Shown: one piece after another, positions 10,237-20,255 of the stretch
Position numbering within the stretch: the stretch's first letter is position 1
Layout: every line of letters begins with the position of its first letter
Source: a virus
IMG/VR virus record: IMGVR_UViG_3300014541_000001
Span: 9,504-73,503 of that record
Length of the DNA stretch: 64,000 nucleotides
Strand: one strand, 5' to 3'
The notes under the pieces: generated by a model
What the model was told of the DNA's origin: nothing
Databases searched by the model: none
The model's input: the letters and a program-made list of their open reading frames with translations, nothing else
Position numbers and translations under genes: made by a program

Positions 10237-10728
10237 CTAATTAGTACTACCAATGCCACCTCTTGCCTTATTGCCAAGATTGTCCACCTGTACTAACTCT
10301 ACCTTATTACTAAATACCCATTTAAGCTTCTGCCATGCAGTTGCAAATTGGGAAGGAACAATCTCAAATTGACAAATCCTAGTACCTTTAGGTATAGTAG
10401 TTGCTTTGATAGCAAGTAATGGTGCCTTCCATTCATCTTCATCACCATTATAGGTGTTATCAATGATGCCAATACTATTGGCAATTTGCACACCACATTT
10501 ACTAGGTGTACTGCTTCTGCTATACACTTTAGCAATCATACCTTTAGGTAACTCCATTGCTACACCTAGTTTAGCTACATAGAGTTCACCTTTCTTCAAG
10601 GTTACATCTTCTGCTAATACTAGGTCAAAGCAATCAGATTTGTCTCCTTCTACTCGTATGGGCATACAGCCCAATGTTATCTCTTTAACTTTTACTTTCA
10701 TTTTTATATTTCCATTTATATCCAGCAT
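10237..10728 (-). CDS. dut: dUTP diphosphatase (trimeric dUTPase)
   Basis: RSSTPSK...GVQIANSIGIIDNTYNGDE (motif III) and C-terminal ARGGIGSTN (motif V RGxxGFGSTG). Confidence 0.8.
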   Translation of the reverse strand: MLDINGNIKMKVKVKEITLGCMPIRVEGDKSDCFDLVLAEDVTLKKGELYVAKLGVAMELPKGMIAKVYSRSSTPSKCGVQIANSIGIIDNTYNGDEDEWKAPLLAIKATTIPKGTRICQFEIVPSQFATAWQKLKWVFSNKVELVQVDNLGNKARGGIGSTN

Positions 10729-11704
10729 AAGAGTGTACTGGGACTCTTATACCATTTTTAACCCTATATCCATTCAAACAGTGTGATAAACTTCCCAAGT
10801 CTAAATCTAACTCCCTTGCCGCTTCTGTCTGGCTGCTCCATTCTTTTACAATAGTGCCATCTAAATTAAGTTGCACAATGGGTATGCTCCTTGAAGCAAT
10901 GAATCTGTCAGTTCTACCACCGTAATCTAGATTATATATTCTATCACACCATTCTAAATTAGAAACTTTGTTATTAGTTCCATCCTCATCTATGTGATTT
11001 ATCTCTGGCAGATTACTAGGATTTGGTATAAATGCCTGAGCTACAAGTCTGTGAACATTTCTTCTAATTACCTTATCCCTGACTTGCATACTGATGGATT
11101 TATATGTTCTATTTTTACCAGATAATGTAGGTTTTAAGTTCTGTATATTTCCAGTCCCATTATAATTGAGACTTCTTATATTACCTAAATTACTTACCTG
11201 ATATCCATCAAATCCATCAATATCTCTCCATACTTCAATTTCAGAGTTTTTCCAAAATAGATAAGTAAAGTCATACATCTCACCATCAATAATTCTATAA
11301 AACCTTTGGTTGGTAGTAGGACAGTTTAGAGGACCTAATTTCTCATCATATCTTCCTAACTTTACTATATCAAAATTACTAATGTAAATGTGTTCACTTA
11401 ACTCATCTCTTCCACTATACCATGCAACCTTTAATGATGGAAAACACTTTCTAACAAATTCTGCTAACCCATCTACCCTAACAGTATCATTATCTCCACC
11501 CATAAAAGAAACACAAGTAATGCCTTGATTCTTCTTAATGAGGTATTCCAGAACATCAAGTGTTAGGACTTTTCCAACATCCTCTGCCAAGTAAGAGCTA
11601 TGACAGCCCTTACAATGACATGGACAATTAGATAAATTGATTGCAAGAGAAACCTCATCAGGAACTTCCTGAAAGACTATCTTTGTATCAACATACTTTA
11701 TCAT
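10685..11704 (-). CDS. nrdG: anaerobic RNR activase NrdG fused in-frame to a NUMOD4/HNH homing endonuclease
   Basis: N-terminus CPCHCKGCHSS (Cx3Cx2C radical-SAM) and FMGGDNDTV; C-terminal half VWRDIDGFDGYQVSNLGNIRS, HRLVAQAFIPNP...INHIDEDGTNNKVSNLEW. Confidence 0.75.
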   Translation of the reverse strand: MIKYVDTKIVFQEVPDEVSLAINLSNCPCHCKGCHSSYLAEDVGKVLTLDVLEYLIKKNQGITCVSFMGGDNDTVRVDGLAEFVRKCFPSLKVAWYSGRDELSEHIYISNFDIVKLGRYDEKLGPLNCPTTNQRFYRIIDGEMYDFTYLFWKNSEIEVWRDIDGFDGYQVSNLGNIRSLNYNGTGNIQNLKPTLSGKNRTYKSISMQVRDKVIRRNVHRLVAQAFIPNPSNLPEINHIDEDGTNNKVSNLEWCDRIYNLDYGGRTDRFIASRSIPIVQLNLDGTIVKEWSSQTEAARELDLDLGSLSHCLNGYRVKNGIRVPVHSYAGYKWKYKNESKS

Positions 11705-13869
11705 ACATTATCTCCTTTAGAATAAACCCTTTGTGTTGCATCCCAATGTCTACCTTGGTCATAACCATCAATAGGTCTTAAGAATCCCACTACTCTAGTC
11801 CAAATTCTCATAGGATGTCCACACTTAGGGCAGGTATCCATAGGATATTTGGCTATAAAGTGACATTCCTCATTAGTACACTCACTGTTAGGGATATTAT
11901 AGGTGAAATATGAAGTACCTTTCTTAGCAGCATAGTCCATCAAACTAAGATATTGAGCCTTACTTAGATGTTCTTCAAGATTACAGTGAAGCCCTACACC
12001 ACCATCTAATAACTCTGTGAACTCTTTACCATGTAGCTTGAACCTGTCAAGTACACTAGTATTAGGGTCCCAAGCATTATAGAAATAACTGTTATAAATC
12101 TTAGTGTCTTCTGGTACCCAGTATCCATCTTCTTTATCCCAGTTATAGTTCTTGGAGCTTAAGCCTTCAGCAGGAACCAGTTCAGTATTAAACTTGAACT
12201 TCTTACTATTATGCAACTTGTTCTGTTCACTGATAGTACCTGTAATAAGTCTACAGAACTCCTTATATTCTTCATTATAACTTACCTTTATTCCAAGGTA
12301 TCTTGCTGCCTCATTGATACCATTAATACCAATAGTACAGAACAAGTCTCTCATACCAATATAACCAGCAGTTGAAGCATTGAACATACCTCTTTCCTCC
12401 CATTCATATAGAATAGTCTTATAAGCTGTATGATACTTATATACTCTTTCGAGAATCTTCACAAGATATTCTGATAATTCTGGATATATCTTAGTTGACA
12501 GGTGCATACCAGCGGTAGCGTCCTCGCCATACCTTTCCCTTATGAAATCTTGTACAATCCTGTTTAAATTGAGAGTAATTACATTGCAACTACCTGTCTT
12601 GACACCAGTAAGACCATTAGTAAAACTGAATACATTCTCTTCAATCTCATTCCTTAATCTGCAACATGATGCAAGACCATTGGGGTTATCACTTATATAG
12701 ACAAAGAATGAGTGCCCTTCACTATGCATTTCCGCTGTAAAGTCCTTATATTCTTCATCAAGATAATTACCTTCCTTATCAGTAAGAAGAGCCATAGTTT
12801 CAACAGGGAAAGTAAGCATAGCTTTAGTTCTTTCTCTATTAAACCACTTCATGAACTTCTTCTGTAGATAAGATACTCTCTCCCATGAAGGCTGTGTACC
12901 ATCAGGGAAGTAGAAGTCCTTGAACAGTGCTTCCCAGTACTTACTGTCATAATAAGAAATGTTGGTAAATGGTGATTGCCACCCTCTGTTTTGTGCAGGT
13001 TGATTGATGTAATATACAATTGTTTGAAAGGCAGCTTCAATCTTCTGACCTATTGTTTTTCTGTCTCTTACATGGTCTGAATCTGCATATACTTGTTCCT
13101 TCAGATGATAGTCCTCACCATAATCCTTGACACAATAATAGTCAAAGTAATTGAAGAACTCACCAAAAGCTACTGCACCCTTACATTGTGCTGATAAAAG
13201 GAAAACAAGATTGTTGAACTGACCACAGAAACTTGACAGATGATTAGCTATCTTGGGAGTTACTCCATCCATATCCTTGATACCATTACTTACTAATGGA
13301 TATAATGAAACAGCCTCACAGTAATTCTTAGGTACAGCTGAACTGGCTTCATCATGAATATAAATGATATGATGCTCTATATCCTTCTCATATTGTTTGG
13401 CTACTTCCGGGAACATAATATTGAGTTTCTCCTTCATTCTGGCTCTCTGTATGATTCTATTCTTAACCTTAGGTACTTCAGATTCAAGAGTTACTACATT
13501 CTTCATGGATATATTGGCATTGGCATCTGTCTCTGATGATGATGCTGCATTTTCAGTAGACTTGCTGTATTTCTCCATATAATCCAACCTGTCTTTAATC
13601 TCTCTTGCTTCCTTGTGTCTTTCCCTATAGATGATATAAGATTTAGCTGCCTCAAAATGATTGTCATTCATAAGAATCTGCTCAATCTTATCCTGTATCT
13701 CTTCAACATTGATATTATCTTTGTCTGTAAGACCCAAGATGTTAGGTATCATCAGGTTAAGATATTCAGGCATTAATTGCCCAACAGAGTTGAATCCCTT
13801 AGTTACTGCAATGAGTATCTTGTCAAGGTTAAACTCTTCAATTGTTCCATCTCTTTTTGTTACTAACAT
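11701..13869 (-). CDS. nrdD: anaerobic ribonucleoside-triphosphate reductase NrdD
   Basis: N-terminal ATP-cone (MLVTKRDGTIEEF); C-terminal Zn ribbon CPKCGH and glycyl-radical motif TRVVGFL. Confidence 0.9.
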   Translation of the reverse strand: MLVTKRDGTIEEFNLDKILIAVTKGFNSVGQLMPEYLNLMIPNILGLTDKDNINVEEIQDKIEQILMNDNHFEAAKSYIIYRERHKEAREIKDRLDYMEKYSKSTENAASSSETDANANISMKNVVTLESEVPKVKNRIIQRARMKEKLNIMFPEVAKQYEKDIEHHIIYIHDEASSAVPKNYCEAVSLYPLVSNGIKDMDGVTPKIANHLSSFCGQFNNLVFLLSAQCKGAVAFGEFFNYFDYYCVKDYGEDYHLKEQVYADSDHVRDRKTIGQKIEAAFQTIVYYINQPAQNRGWQSPFTNISYYDSKYWEALFKDFYFPDGTQPSWERVSYLQKKFMKWFNRERTKAMLTFPVETMALLTDKEGNYLDEEYKDFTAEMHSEGHSFFVYISDNPNGLASCCRLRNEIEENVFSFTNGLTGVKTGSCNVITLNLNRIVQDFIRERYGEDATAGMHLSTKIYPELSEYLVKILERVYKYHTAYKTILYEWEERGMFNASTAGYIGMRDLFCTIGINGINEAARYLGIKVSYNEEYKEFCRLITGTISEQNKLHNSKKFKFNTELVPAEGLSSKNYNWDKEDGYWVPEDTKIYNSYFYNAWDPNTSVLDRFKLHGKEFTELLDGGVGLHCNLEEHLSKAQYLSLMDYAAKKGTSYFTYNIPNSECTNEECHFIAKYPMDTCPKCGHPMRIWTRVVGFLRPIDGYDQGRHWDATQRVYSKGDNV

Positions 13870-14942
13870 GTCTCTAGTTTAATTTTCATTATACAACCAT
13901 TTGCAAGTGCTTCCTTACTGTACCTAGTGGAATTGTTCTGATAATATACCAAGTCTGTGAGTATCTTTCTCCAATCCCTTAGAACATTACCATTTTCATC
14001 CTTGAGGTCAACTTCACCAAAGTTTCCATCAAATTCCCATATCAATGGAGCCACAGTCCTTCTATTGATGACTATGAATTGATAGTAGGTTATCTTGAAG
14101 TCCTTGAAGTATTCATCCTGTGCTATACACTGTGCTAATATATAACTATATAACTTAGCCTGTATGTCATATCTCCATTGACTGAATGAACCATTAAACT
14201 CCTCTTCAGGATGTCCTGTAGTCTTTAGGTCTATAGGGTATATAACCTTATTCCTATGGTCTACAATGAGTTCATCAAACATACATCTTACAGGTATGCC
14301 ATTATAAGTAGCCTTAAACTTCAACTGAAAGACTTTCTCAATATCTTTTACAAAGGGATTCATGGTAAAGAATGAACTTGTGGCAACATTGTTCCTTAAT
14401 TCTTCAACACACCTGATAATATCTTGATAGTCATCAGTTGAGAGTACAGTCTTACCTTCTGCCAATGTAAGTAAGTTGTAATACTCATTACAGCTTTCCT
14501 TGACATTCTTGACCCTGTATGCTGCATACTTTGGATTAGCATAGTAATTATTAGCCAGAGCCACCATGTCTATATCTGAATCAGGTATTGTATCTACCTT
14601 CCTATGTGTCTCTTTAAACTTCCTATGCAGTTCCTTTGTAATAGCAATAAGACTATCAGACAAGCTTGGAAACTCACATACTACATAATTCTCATAGAAG
14701 GCATCTTCACCATCAGTTAACATGGTGTCAACTGCTGACCCAAACTGCAATGATGGAGTATCTATCTTATCATAAAGACTTGATAACTTTCTAAAACCCT
14801 CTCTTTCAAATCTGCTTAATGTAGAGTAACTTATTGCGGGGTCAGCTCTATATTCAGGTTCTGAAACATTCCATGCTATTTCTTTAATACTCTTCATATT
14901 CTTCCTCACTTGGCAGTTGTAGTTGTTCAACATAAACATCAA
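13863..14942 (-). CDS. hypothetical protein, possible PD-(D/E)XK nuclease
   Basis: IYPIDLKTTG resembles a D-x-K-T nuclease motif; weak. Confidence 0.35.
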   Translation of the reverse strand: MMFMLNNYNCQVRKNMKSIKEIAWNVSEPEYRADPAISYSTLSRFEREGFRKLSSLYDKIDTPSLQFGSAVDTMLTDGEDAFYENYVVCEFPSLSDSLIAITKELHRKFKETHRKVDTIPDSDIDMVALANNYYANPKYAAYRVKNVKESCNEYYNLLTLAEGKTVLSTDDYQDIIRCVEELRNNVATSSFFTMNPFVKDIEKVFQLKFKATYNGIPVRCMFDELIVDHRNKVIYPIDLKTTGHPEEEFNGSFSQWRYDIQAKLYSYILAQCIAQDEYFKDFKITYYQFIVINRRTVAPLIWEFDGNFGEVDLKDENGNVLRDWRKILTDLVYYQNNSTRYSKEALANGCIMKIKLETC

Positions 14943-15159
14943 CTTCTGCCTTTAATCTCTTCAACTCCCACAGGTCAACCTTAAGGTATTCTTCCTTTGG
15001 ATTATCCCCTCTGACATTCTTGTTTACTCTAAAGATTGCAGAGTCTACTAGTTCTTGCAAAGACTCAAATTGTCTTTCATTAATAAATCTCTCACCTAAA
15101 GGTATGTCACTCTTTGGTAATTGATTTATTAACTTTCTCATTCTCTCTACTGCTGCCAT
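14884..15159 (-). CDS. hypothetical protein
   Basis: 91-aa ORF. Confidence 0.35.
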   Translation of the reverse strand: MAAVERMRKLINQLPKSDIPLGERFINERQFESLQELVDSAIFRVNKNVRGDNPKEEYLKVDLWELKRLKAEVDVYVEQLQLPSEEEYEEY

Positions 15160-15607
15160 AACTTTTAATTACTTTAATTGCTTCCAACAACTGCCTTTTA
15201 CCAAATATTTCAAATATGAGATACTTGTCATGGTCAGGAAAGCTTTCAATAAGCTGTCTGAACATCTTGAATTTAACAGGAAAGACATCATTGACTTGTC
15301 CTTTAGCTTCAATAAATACCTTCATACCTTCATATTCAAGGTAAAAGTCTGGAGTGTAAGTAATATCACGTAACTTAGTAAGGTCTAGCTTTAGTAGTTC
15401 TTTCTTAGACTTTGTATAAAAAGGTACAGTAGGTTTACCTCCACTCCATAACACATACTTATGTGACTCATATTGTGGTTCAAGTCCATTATCAACTAAG
15501 GTCCTATAAACCATAGCCTCAATCTTGGACTTGAACTCAATATTAGCATATTGCGTTGGAGTAGCATTTTTAATCCTTCTGTTTTCCACTCTTTTTAGGT
15601 CTGGCAA
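15107..15607 (-). CDS. PD-(D/E)XK family nuclease (resolvase/endonuclease-like)
   Basis: TPDFYLEYEGMKVFIEAKG gives the canonical PD...E-x-K. Confidence 0.5.
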   Translation of the reverse strand: MPDLKRVENRRIKNATPTQYANIEFKSKIEAMVYRTLVDNGLEPQYESHKYVLWSGGKPTVPFYTKSKKELLKLDLTKLRDITYTPDFYLEYEGMKVFIEAKGQVNDVFPVKFKMFRQLIESFPDHDKYLIFEIFGKRQLLEAIKVIKSYGSSRENEKVNKSITKE

Positions 15608-16124
15608 ATAATTCTTTCATTGGAGTTTTCAGAATATGCTTAGCTGCCATGACATCATCCAATGTTCTGAAGGCAGCAAAGTTTCTGAAGTTCTTGATGA
15701 GATGTCTATTACTTTCGGGCATCTTGTGAATTTCGCCTGTTACAAGGCTGATACACCAGATTTCCTTACTTCTTTCAATATGGTCAGGATACTTCTGGTC
15801 AAGTACAATTGCAACCTCTCTCAACAGAATTTGGAATACTGCTGTAGGATAAATCTTATACAGGTTATCCAGATACTTCAACAGATTTTCATATTTCCAG
15901 CCAATTCTGTCAGCAAGATGCTTAACATAGAAGTCAATATCAAGATGAGTACCATCTTCTTTAACTGCTATAAGTACACCATCTTTGACTGCTTTCTCTA
16001 AGACTTCTTCTGTGGCAATCATAATTTCATGACTTCTTTCTCCTGTTTCAGAATTAAGCAGTGTACATACAAGAACTGCACCTACCTTAATCTCATTGCC
16101 ACGTTTGTCTAAATACTTTTTCAT
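15570..16124 (-). CDS. hypothetical protein
   Basis: 184-aa ORF. Confidence 0.45.
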   Translation of the reverse strand: MKKYLDKRGNEIKVGAVLVCTLLNSETGERSHEIMIATEEVLEKAVKDGVLIAVKEDGTHLDIDFYVKHLADRIGWKYENLLKYLDNLYKIYPTAVFQILLREVAIVLDQKYPDHIERSKEIWCISLVTGEIHKMPESNRHLIKNFRNFAAFRTLDDVMAAKHILKTPMKELFARPKKSGKQKD

Positions 16125-16142
16125 GTTACTTTTATTTATAAA

Positions 16143-16814
16143 TTAATGCTCTTGATACCACTTGATAGTAGTACCATACTTACTTTTTAATTCCCTGTTA
16201 ATATCAGTAAACAGTTCAGGGTTCATCTTAGTTTCTGTCCTTGCATTATATGCAGGATGAGGTACTTTAATCACTGTTCCTGTTTTAATATAAGGCTGAA
16301 ATGTACCAGCCTGACTTCCAAATAATACATATATCAGACCGGGATTAGTTTCTGATATGTTCTTCAACAAACTGCTGATAAATGGTCTCCATAACATAGT
16401 ATGACTACCAACCTTATTCATCTCTACAGTCAATGCTGAATTAATCATCAATATCCCTTGTCTTGCCCAACTTTCTAAGGTCTGGTCAAAGATAATGCTA
16501 TTATGTGGAACCTCAAAGTTAACTGCTGCTTCTTTAACAACTTTTAAAGAAGGAGACAACTCATCCTCTGGTACATCAGCTTTGTTACCAAATAGTATTC
16601 CTGTAGCCACATCTCTTTGTGGATATGGGTCTTGTCCTATAAATACTACTTTCAACTCATTATAAGGACATAAATCAAAGGCTCTGAATACATTTTCAGC
16701 TGCTGGACAGACTTTCTTTGAGCCATAAAGCCTGTTCATTGCATCAATAACTATATTCAGTTCCTTTTGATTTATAACTCTTATCCAATCACCAAAGTAT
16801 TCCTCTAGGCTCAT
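16143..16814 (-). CDS. ung: uracil-DNA glycosylase (family 1)
   Basis: VVFIGQDPYP (UNG water-activating loop GQDPY) and HPAYNA (His-loop, HPSPLS-like). Confidence 0.8.
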   Translation of the reverse strand: MSLEEYFGDWIRVINQKELNIVIDAMNRLYGSKKVCPAAENVFRAFDLCPYNELKVVFIGQDPYPQRDVATGILFGNKADVPEDELSPSLKVVKEAAVNFEVPHNSIIFDQTLESWARQGILMINSALTVEMNKVGSHTMLWRPFISSLLKNISETNPGLIYVLFGSQAGTFQPYIKTGTVIKVPHPAYNARTETKMNPELFTDINRELKSKYGTTIKWYQEH

Positions 16815-17614
16815 ATCTTCATGTATTCTCTCATAAGTCCAATGTTATCCTTTAGGAAACTATTGACTTCTTCATCATTGAAGTGAGATAAATCAGGCAT
16901 ATCAGGTTTATGAATGAACCTATCACTTACATCAGCTATGATGATTTCAGGCATCTTCTTTGTATATACTCTATTTCTATTTTCATCAGAAAAATTGAAC
17001 TTATTATGTACCATAGAAGTAGAAGTATTAAGAGATGCTCCTTCTGCTATCACAGTAGGAATAAGCTTCTTAAGGATATTCTTCTCAACTGGTCCATCAC
17101 CTGTAAACACCTTAGGACTGATATACATTATTGGCTTTAGAAGTTCAATGAATGGATTAGTCAAGTTGTACTTGACTACATTCAACATCAATAACTCCAT
17201 TCTGCTGTTAAATATGACACCAGCACCACCATAATACACAAGACCTGTATTAGTTGTTACCTTACTCAACTTGTAATGAGTAGAAGTTTCAAGCATGGTT
17301 CTTATCATAGAATCTGATGTTCTCTTGGTCTCTTCTTTGCCAACAGAGAGAGAAGTAATATAACATTCAATTATGTTATCCTTATACTCCTCAATGTTCC
17401 CAAAGTTCTTGTTATCAATAAGGATTGATTGAACTTCTCTCCTACAGAATATAGGAACCTCAACTTCAGGACCTCTTAGGTCTATTTCAAAGAACCTTTG
17501 AAACACATTGTTACTATTGAAGTTAACCAAATTAGTATCAATGTTCCTTGTGAATGAGTTACTTCTTGGAAAGTCAAGACTTCCTAATACTGTTCTTCCA
17601 TATATTCCTGCCAT
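16811..17614 (-). CDS. hypothetical protein
   Basis: 267-aa ORF abutting the E1-like gene stop. Confidence 0.45.
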   Translation of the reverse strand: MAGIYGRTVLGSLDFPRSNSFTRNIDTNLVNFNSNNVFQRFFEIDLRGPEVEVPIFCRREVQSILIDNKNFGNIEEYKDNIIECYITSLSVGKEETKRTSDSMIRTMLETSTHYKLSKVTTNTGLVYYGGAGVIFNSRMELLMLNVVKYNLTNPFIELLKPIMYISPKVFTGDGPVEKNILKKLIPTVIAEGASLNTSTSMVHNKFNFSDENRNRVYTKKMPEIIIADVSDRFIHKPDMPDLSHFNDEEVNSFLKDNIGLMREYMKI

Positions 17615-18942
17615 TACATTTCAACTTTAAAATACATTGTATCAGCTGCAAAGGAAGTATAGAATGGTACATCTCTTGGCATAATAGGATTACACTCATT
17701 TGCAACAAAGTTTACAAAGATGTTGACCATAAGTGATGCAATCATGTTAGCCATGAATGTAGTCTGTTTATAACTACATACAGTAGCATCAGCAATTTCA
17801 TCACTAAATAACCAGTCTCTTTGATATTGTTCTATTGCCCTTGTGTCATTACCTTGAATAGCCAGAACTTGTAGCTCTTCTGCTGCAAGTCTACCATCAA
17901 TAAGCAAGCATTTACCTCTCTCTTCTTCTGGTTTAGACATTACATGAGCATACCATTTTTTGAATACAAGCTTCCTTGCAGCCATGTTATCAAATCCACA
18001 AATCATGATGTCCTCAACAGCACTGTTCTCATTATACAGTCCATTCATAGCAACAGTACTATGATAGTCAGCATAATTAGCTACCATATCTGCAAGAGCA
18101 TCAACTTTTGGATGACTAATATCACTTCTGCCATACAACTGACCTGACATATTGACAGCTTCAACAATATCATTGTCAAATATGACAAGTCTTGCTGGTT
18201 TCATCCTTGCAAGAAGGAATCCAATATAACTACCAATACCTCCAACACCAGCTAAGATAATGTTCTTAGTCTGTAGTTGTTCATACCATATTGCACCACT
18301 GAACCTTGTAGTGGTTTCATCAACTGCCAAAGACCCTGAGTTAAGAGGAATCTCAATATGATTAGCTAATGCAAAGGCTCTACCTTTAGCATCTGCTTCA
18401 TCAAATCTTCCAGCCCAGTAGTTATTAACCCAAAACTCTTTCATGTTGTTACCTGCACCAGCGTTGTTCTCTTTAAGAACAATTCTCCATACACCATTAT
18501 TAGGTGCACTTGCATCACTTCTTTCACGACGATGGAGTGCTCTGTTTGCTTTTTGGATTATGTACCAAGTACCTGCTTCAATTCTCTTGATATATGTTTC
18601 AAGTTCTGTAGGTCTACCTTGTGGACTATAGCCACAACATACATAATCATTCTCATAACCTACAGGTGGTTCTGGCTCTGGTGGAACTGACAAAGGTTGT
18701 TCAGGCACAGCTACAGGTACAGGCTCAAGTTCAATTTCTCCATTAGCAGTCACTTCTTCCATAGCTGCTTGAAGTTGTTGCATTAACTCTATTGATTCAG
18801 GAGTTAATTCCATTTCAATATTAGTAGGAACACTAAGACTCTGTGCTATGGAAGACTCTGTGGATACTACTCCTTCAGTAATTTCACGAGTTATCGTTCT
18901 TCTTAGCTGTTCAACAGCAGCATCTCTTACTTCTTCATTCAT
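17614..18942 (-). CDS. E1-like ThiF/MoeB-family adenylyltransferase with ~230-aa N-terminal extension
   Basis: ILAGVGGIGSYIGFLL (GxGxxGS Rossmann); FDNDIVEAVNMSGQL (D.D.VE.SNL.RQ-like); SHPKVDALA; ICGFDNMAAR. Confidence 0.75.
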   Translation of the reverse strand: MNEEVRDAAVEQLRRTITREITEGVVSTESSIAQSLSVPTNIEMELTPESIELMQQLQAAMEEVTANGEIELEPVPVAVPEQPLSVPPEPEPPVGYENDYVCCGYSPQGRPTELETYIKRIEAGTWYIIQKANRALHRRERSDASAPNNGVWRIVLKENNAGAGNNMKEFWVNNYWAGRFDEADAKGRAFALANHIEIPLNSGSLAVDETTTRFSGAIWYEQLQTKNIILAGVGGIGSYIGFLLARMKPARLVIFDNDIVEAVNMSGQLYGRSDISHPKVDALADMVANYADYHSTVAMNGLYNENSAVEDIMICGFDNMAARKLVFKKWYAHVMSKPEEERGKCLLIDGRLAAEELQVLAIQGNDTRAIEQYQRDWLFSDEIADATVCSYKQTTFMANMIASLMVNIFVNFVANECNPIMPRDVPFYTSFAADTMYFKVEM

Positions 18943-18953
18943 GTTTAAATCTC

Positions 18954-20255
18954 CTATAAGATATAATCATCCAAACAACTAATATAAGACTTCATCCATA
19001 CATTTGATGGAAGTTCTTCAAGTGCAAGTCTTACTTCATAAGCAAGTATTGCAATCATCTCTGTGTCATCAAGTATATCAACCAATGTATCATCAGTTGT
19101 ATAATTGACTAAGAAATCAATGAAACCAACAGCAAAGTTTTCAAACTCCTTAACAGAATCAAATCTGTCTGAATACACCTTATCCATTGAGTTCATCCAC
19201 TTGTTGATGTCCACCTTGCTTTCAACTGGAAGAATAATACTACCAGTGATAATTTGTCTTACAAGCCAGTCAACAACCTTAGCATTTGCTCTTACTGTAC
19301 CATAAGGGATAGCATAATCATCATCAGGTTTTTCAAATGGAAGGTCTTTTTGAGTTGGTGCAGTATATGATGAACCCTGTGCAGGAAAGGAAGACTTATG
19401 TTCTTCAAACTCCTTCTTTGGCTGTCCATATTGACCTATGGGTACATAGTTACCACCTGCTGGTTTACCAGTGGCAGCACCTACCTGTAAGCCGGGGTAT
19501 CTACTTTGATAACCAGTGGTTCCATAGTTATTCCCATAACCATTGTAACCACCATAAGTAGCACCGGGTTTATATGCTTTCTTAGCTTTCTCTGCATCAA
19601 TTTCTTTCATGCGAGCAAGCATTTCCTTCTCAACTTCATCAACAGGAACAGTCTCTTTCTGAATCTCAAGAGGGAACCATTCAAGATATTCTTCTTCAGC
19701 TTCAAATTCATCAGTACCTGTGACTTCTCCTTCCTTCCAAGTAGGATAAGTGAACTCTTCTTTCACCTGTTGTTTGGCTTTATATCTCCTTGTAACTGCT
19801 GCACTATAAGTACCAGCATTGTTTACAATCAAAGACACAAAGTGTGCCATATCTTCACCCTCTTGACTTAATGTTCCTGTATCAGTTCCACTAAAGAAAG
19901 TAGCCATATTGTTATGACTATGAATAAGACCTTGAAACACATCTTCACTAAGCAATTCAGGATGGTCAATCATATAACTTACTATGTCAGGAGACACATT
20001 AAATTCTGTATAACCACCAGTTCCTTTATCCATCTGAAAGATGTCCACACACTTGATAGTCAAAGGATTGTCTTTATCATTAAAAGCACCTTCAACTTGA
20101 TAGAACAGTACTCCTGACCATTCTACTTGGCTAATGTGAGTACACAATAACCTGATTTTCTTTTCTACCTCTACAGGTATGATTATTTTATAGGGTAAAT
20201 CTGGTTTTCTTTTTATCAATTCCAGACTTGGCTTTTTTGCTGTTTCCATATTCAT
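18954..20255 (-). CDS. JAB/MPN+ (JAMM) metalloprotease with Gly/Tyr-rich low-complexity C-terminal region
   Basis: IHSHNNMATFFSGTD matches H-x-H-x7-S-x2-D; upstream Glu in QVEG. Confidence 0.7.
   Translation of the reverse strand: MNMETAKKPSLELIKRKPDLPYKIIIPVEVEKKIRLLCTHISQVEWSGVLFYQVEGAFNDKDNPLTIKCVDIFQMDKGTGGYTEFNVSPDIVSYMIDHPELLSEDVFQGLIHSHNNMATFFSGTDTGTLSQEGEDMAHFVSLIVNNAGTYSAAVTRRYKAKQQVKEEFTYPTWKEGEVTGTDEFEAEEEYLEWFPLEIQKETVPVDEVEKEMLARMKEIDAEKAKKAYKPGATYGGYNGYGNNYGTTGYQSRYPGLQVGAATGKPAGGNYVPIGQYGQPKKEFEEHKSSFPAQGSSYTAPTQKDLPFEKPDDDYAIPYGTVRANAKVVDWLVRQIITGSIILPVESKVDINKWMNSMDKVYSDRFDSVKEFENFAVGFIDFLVNYTTDDTLVDILDDTEMIAILAYEVRLALEELPSNVWMKSYISCLDDYIL

Noticed and set aside
10299-10535. 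Minus-strand 78-aa ORF
   Set aside because: Alternative frame inside the dUTPase gene; no motif support.
12849-13882. Several 60-73-aa ORFs on either strand within nrdD
   Set aside because: Embedded in the NrdD coding region; spurious.
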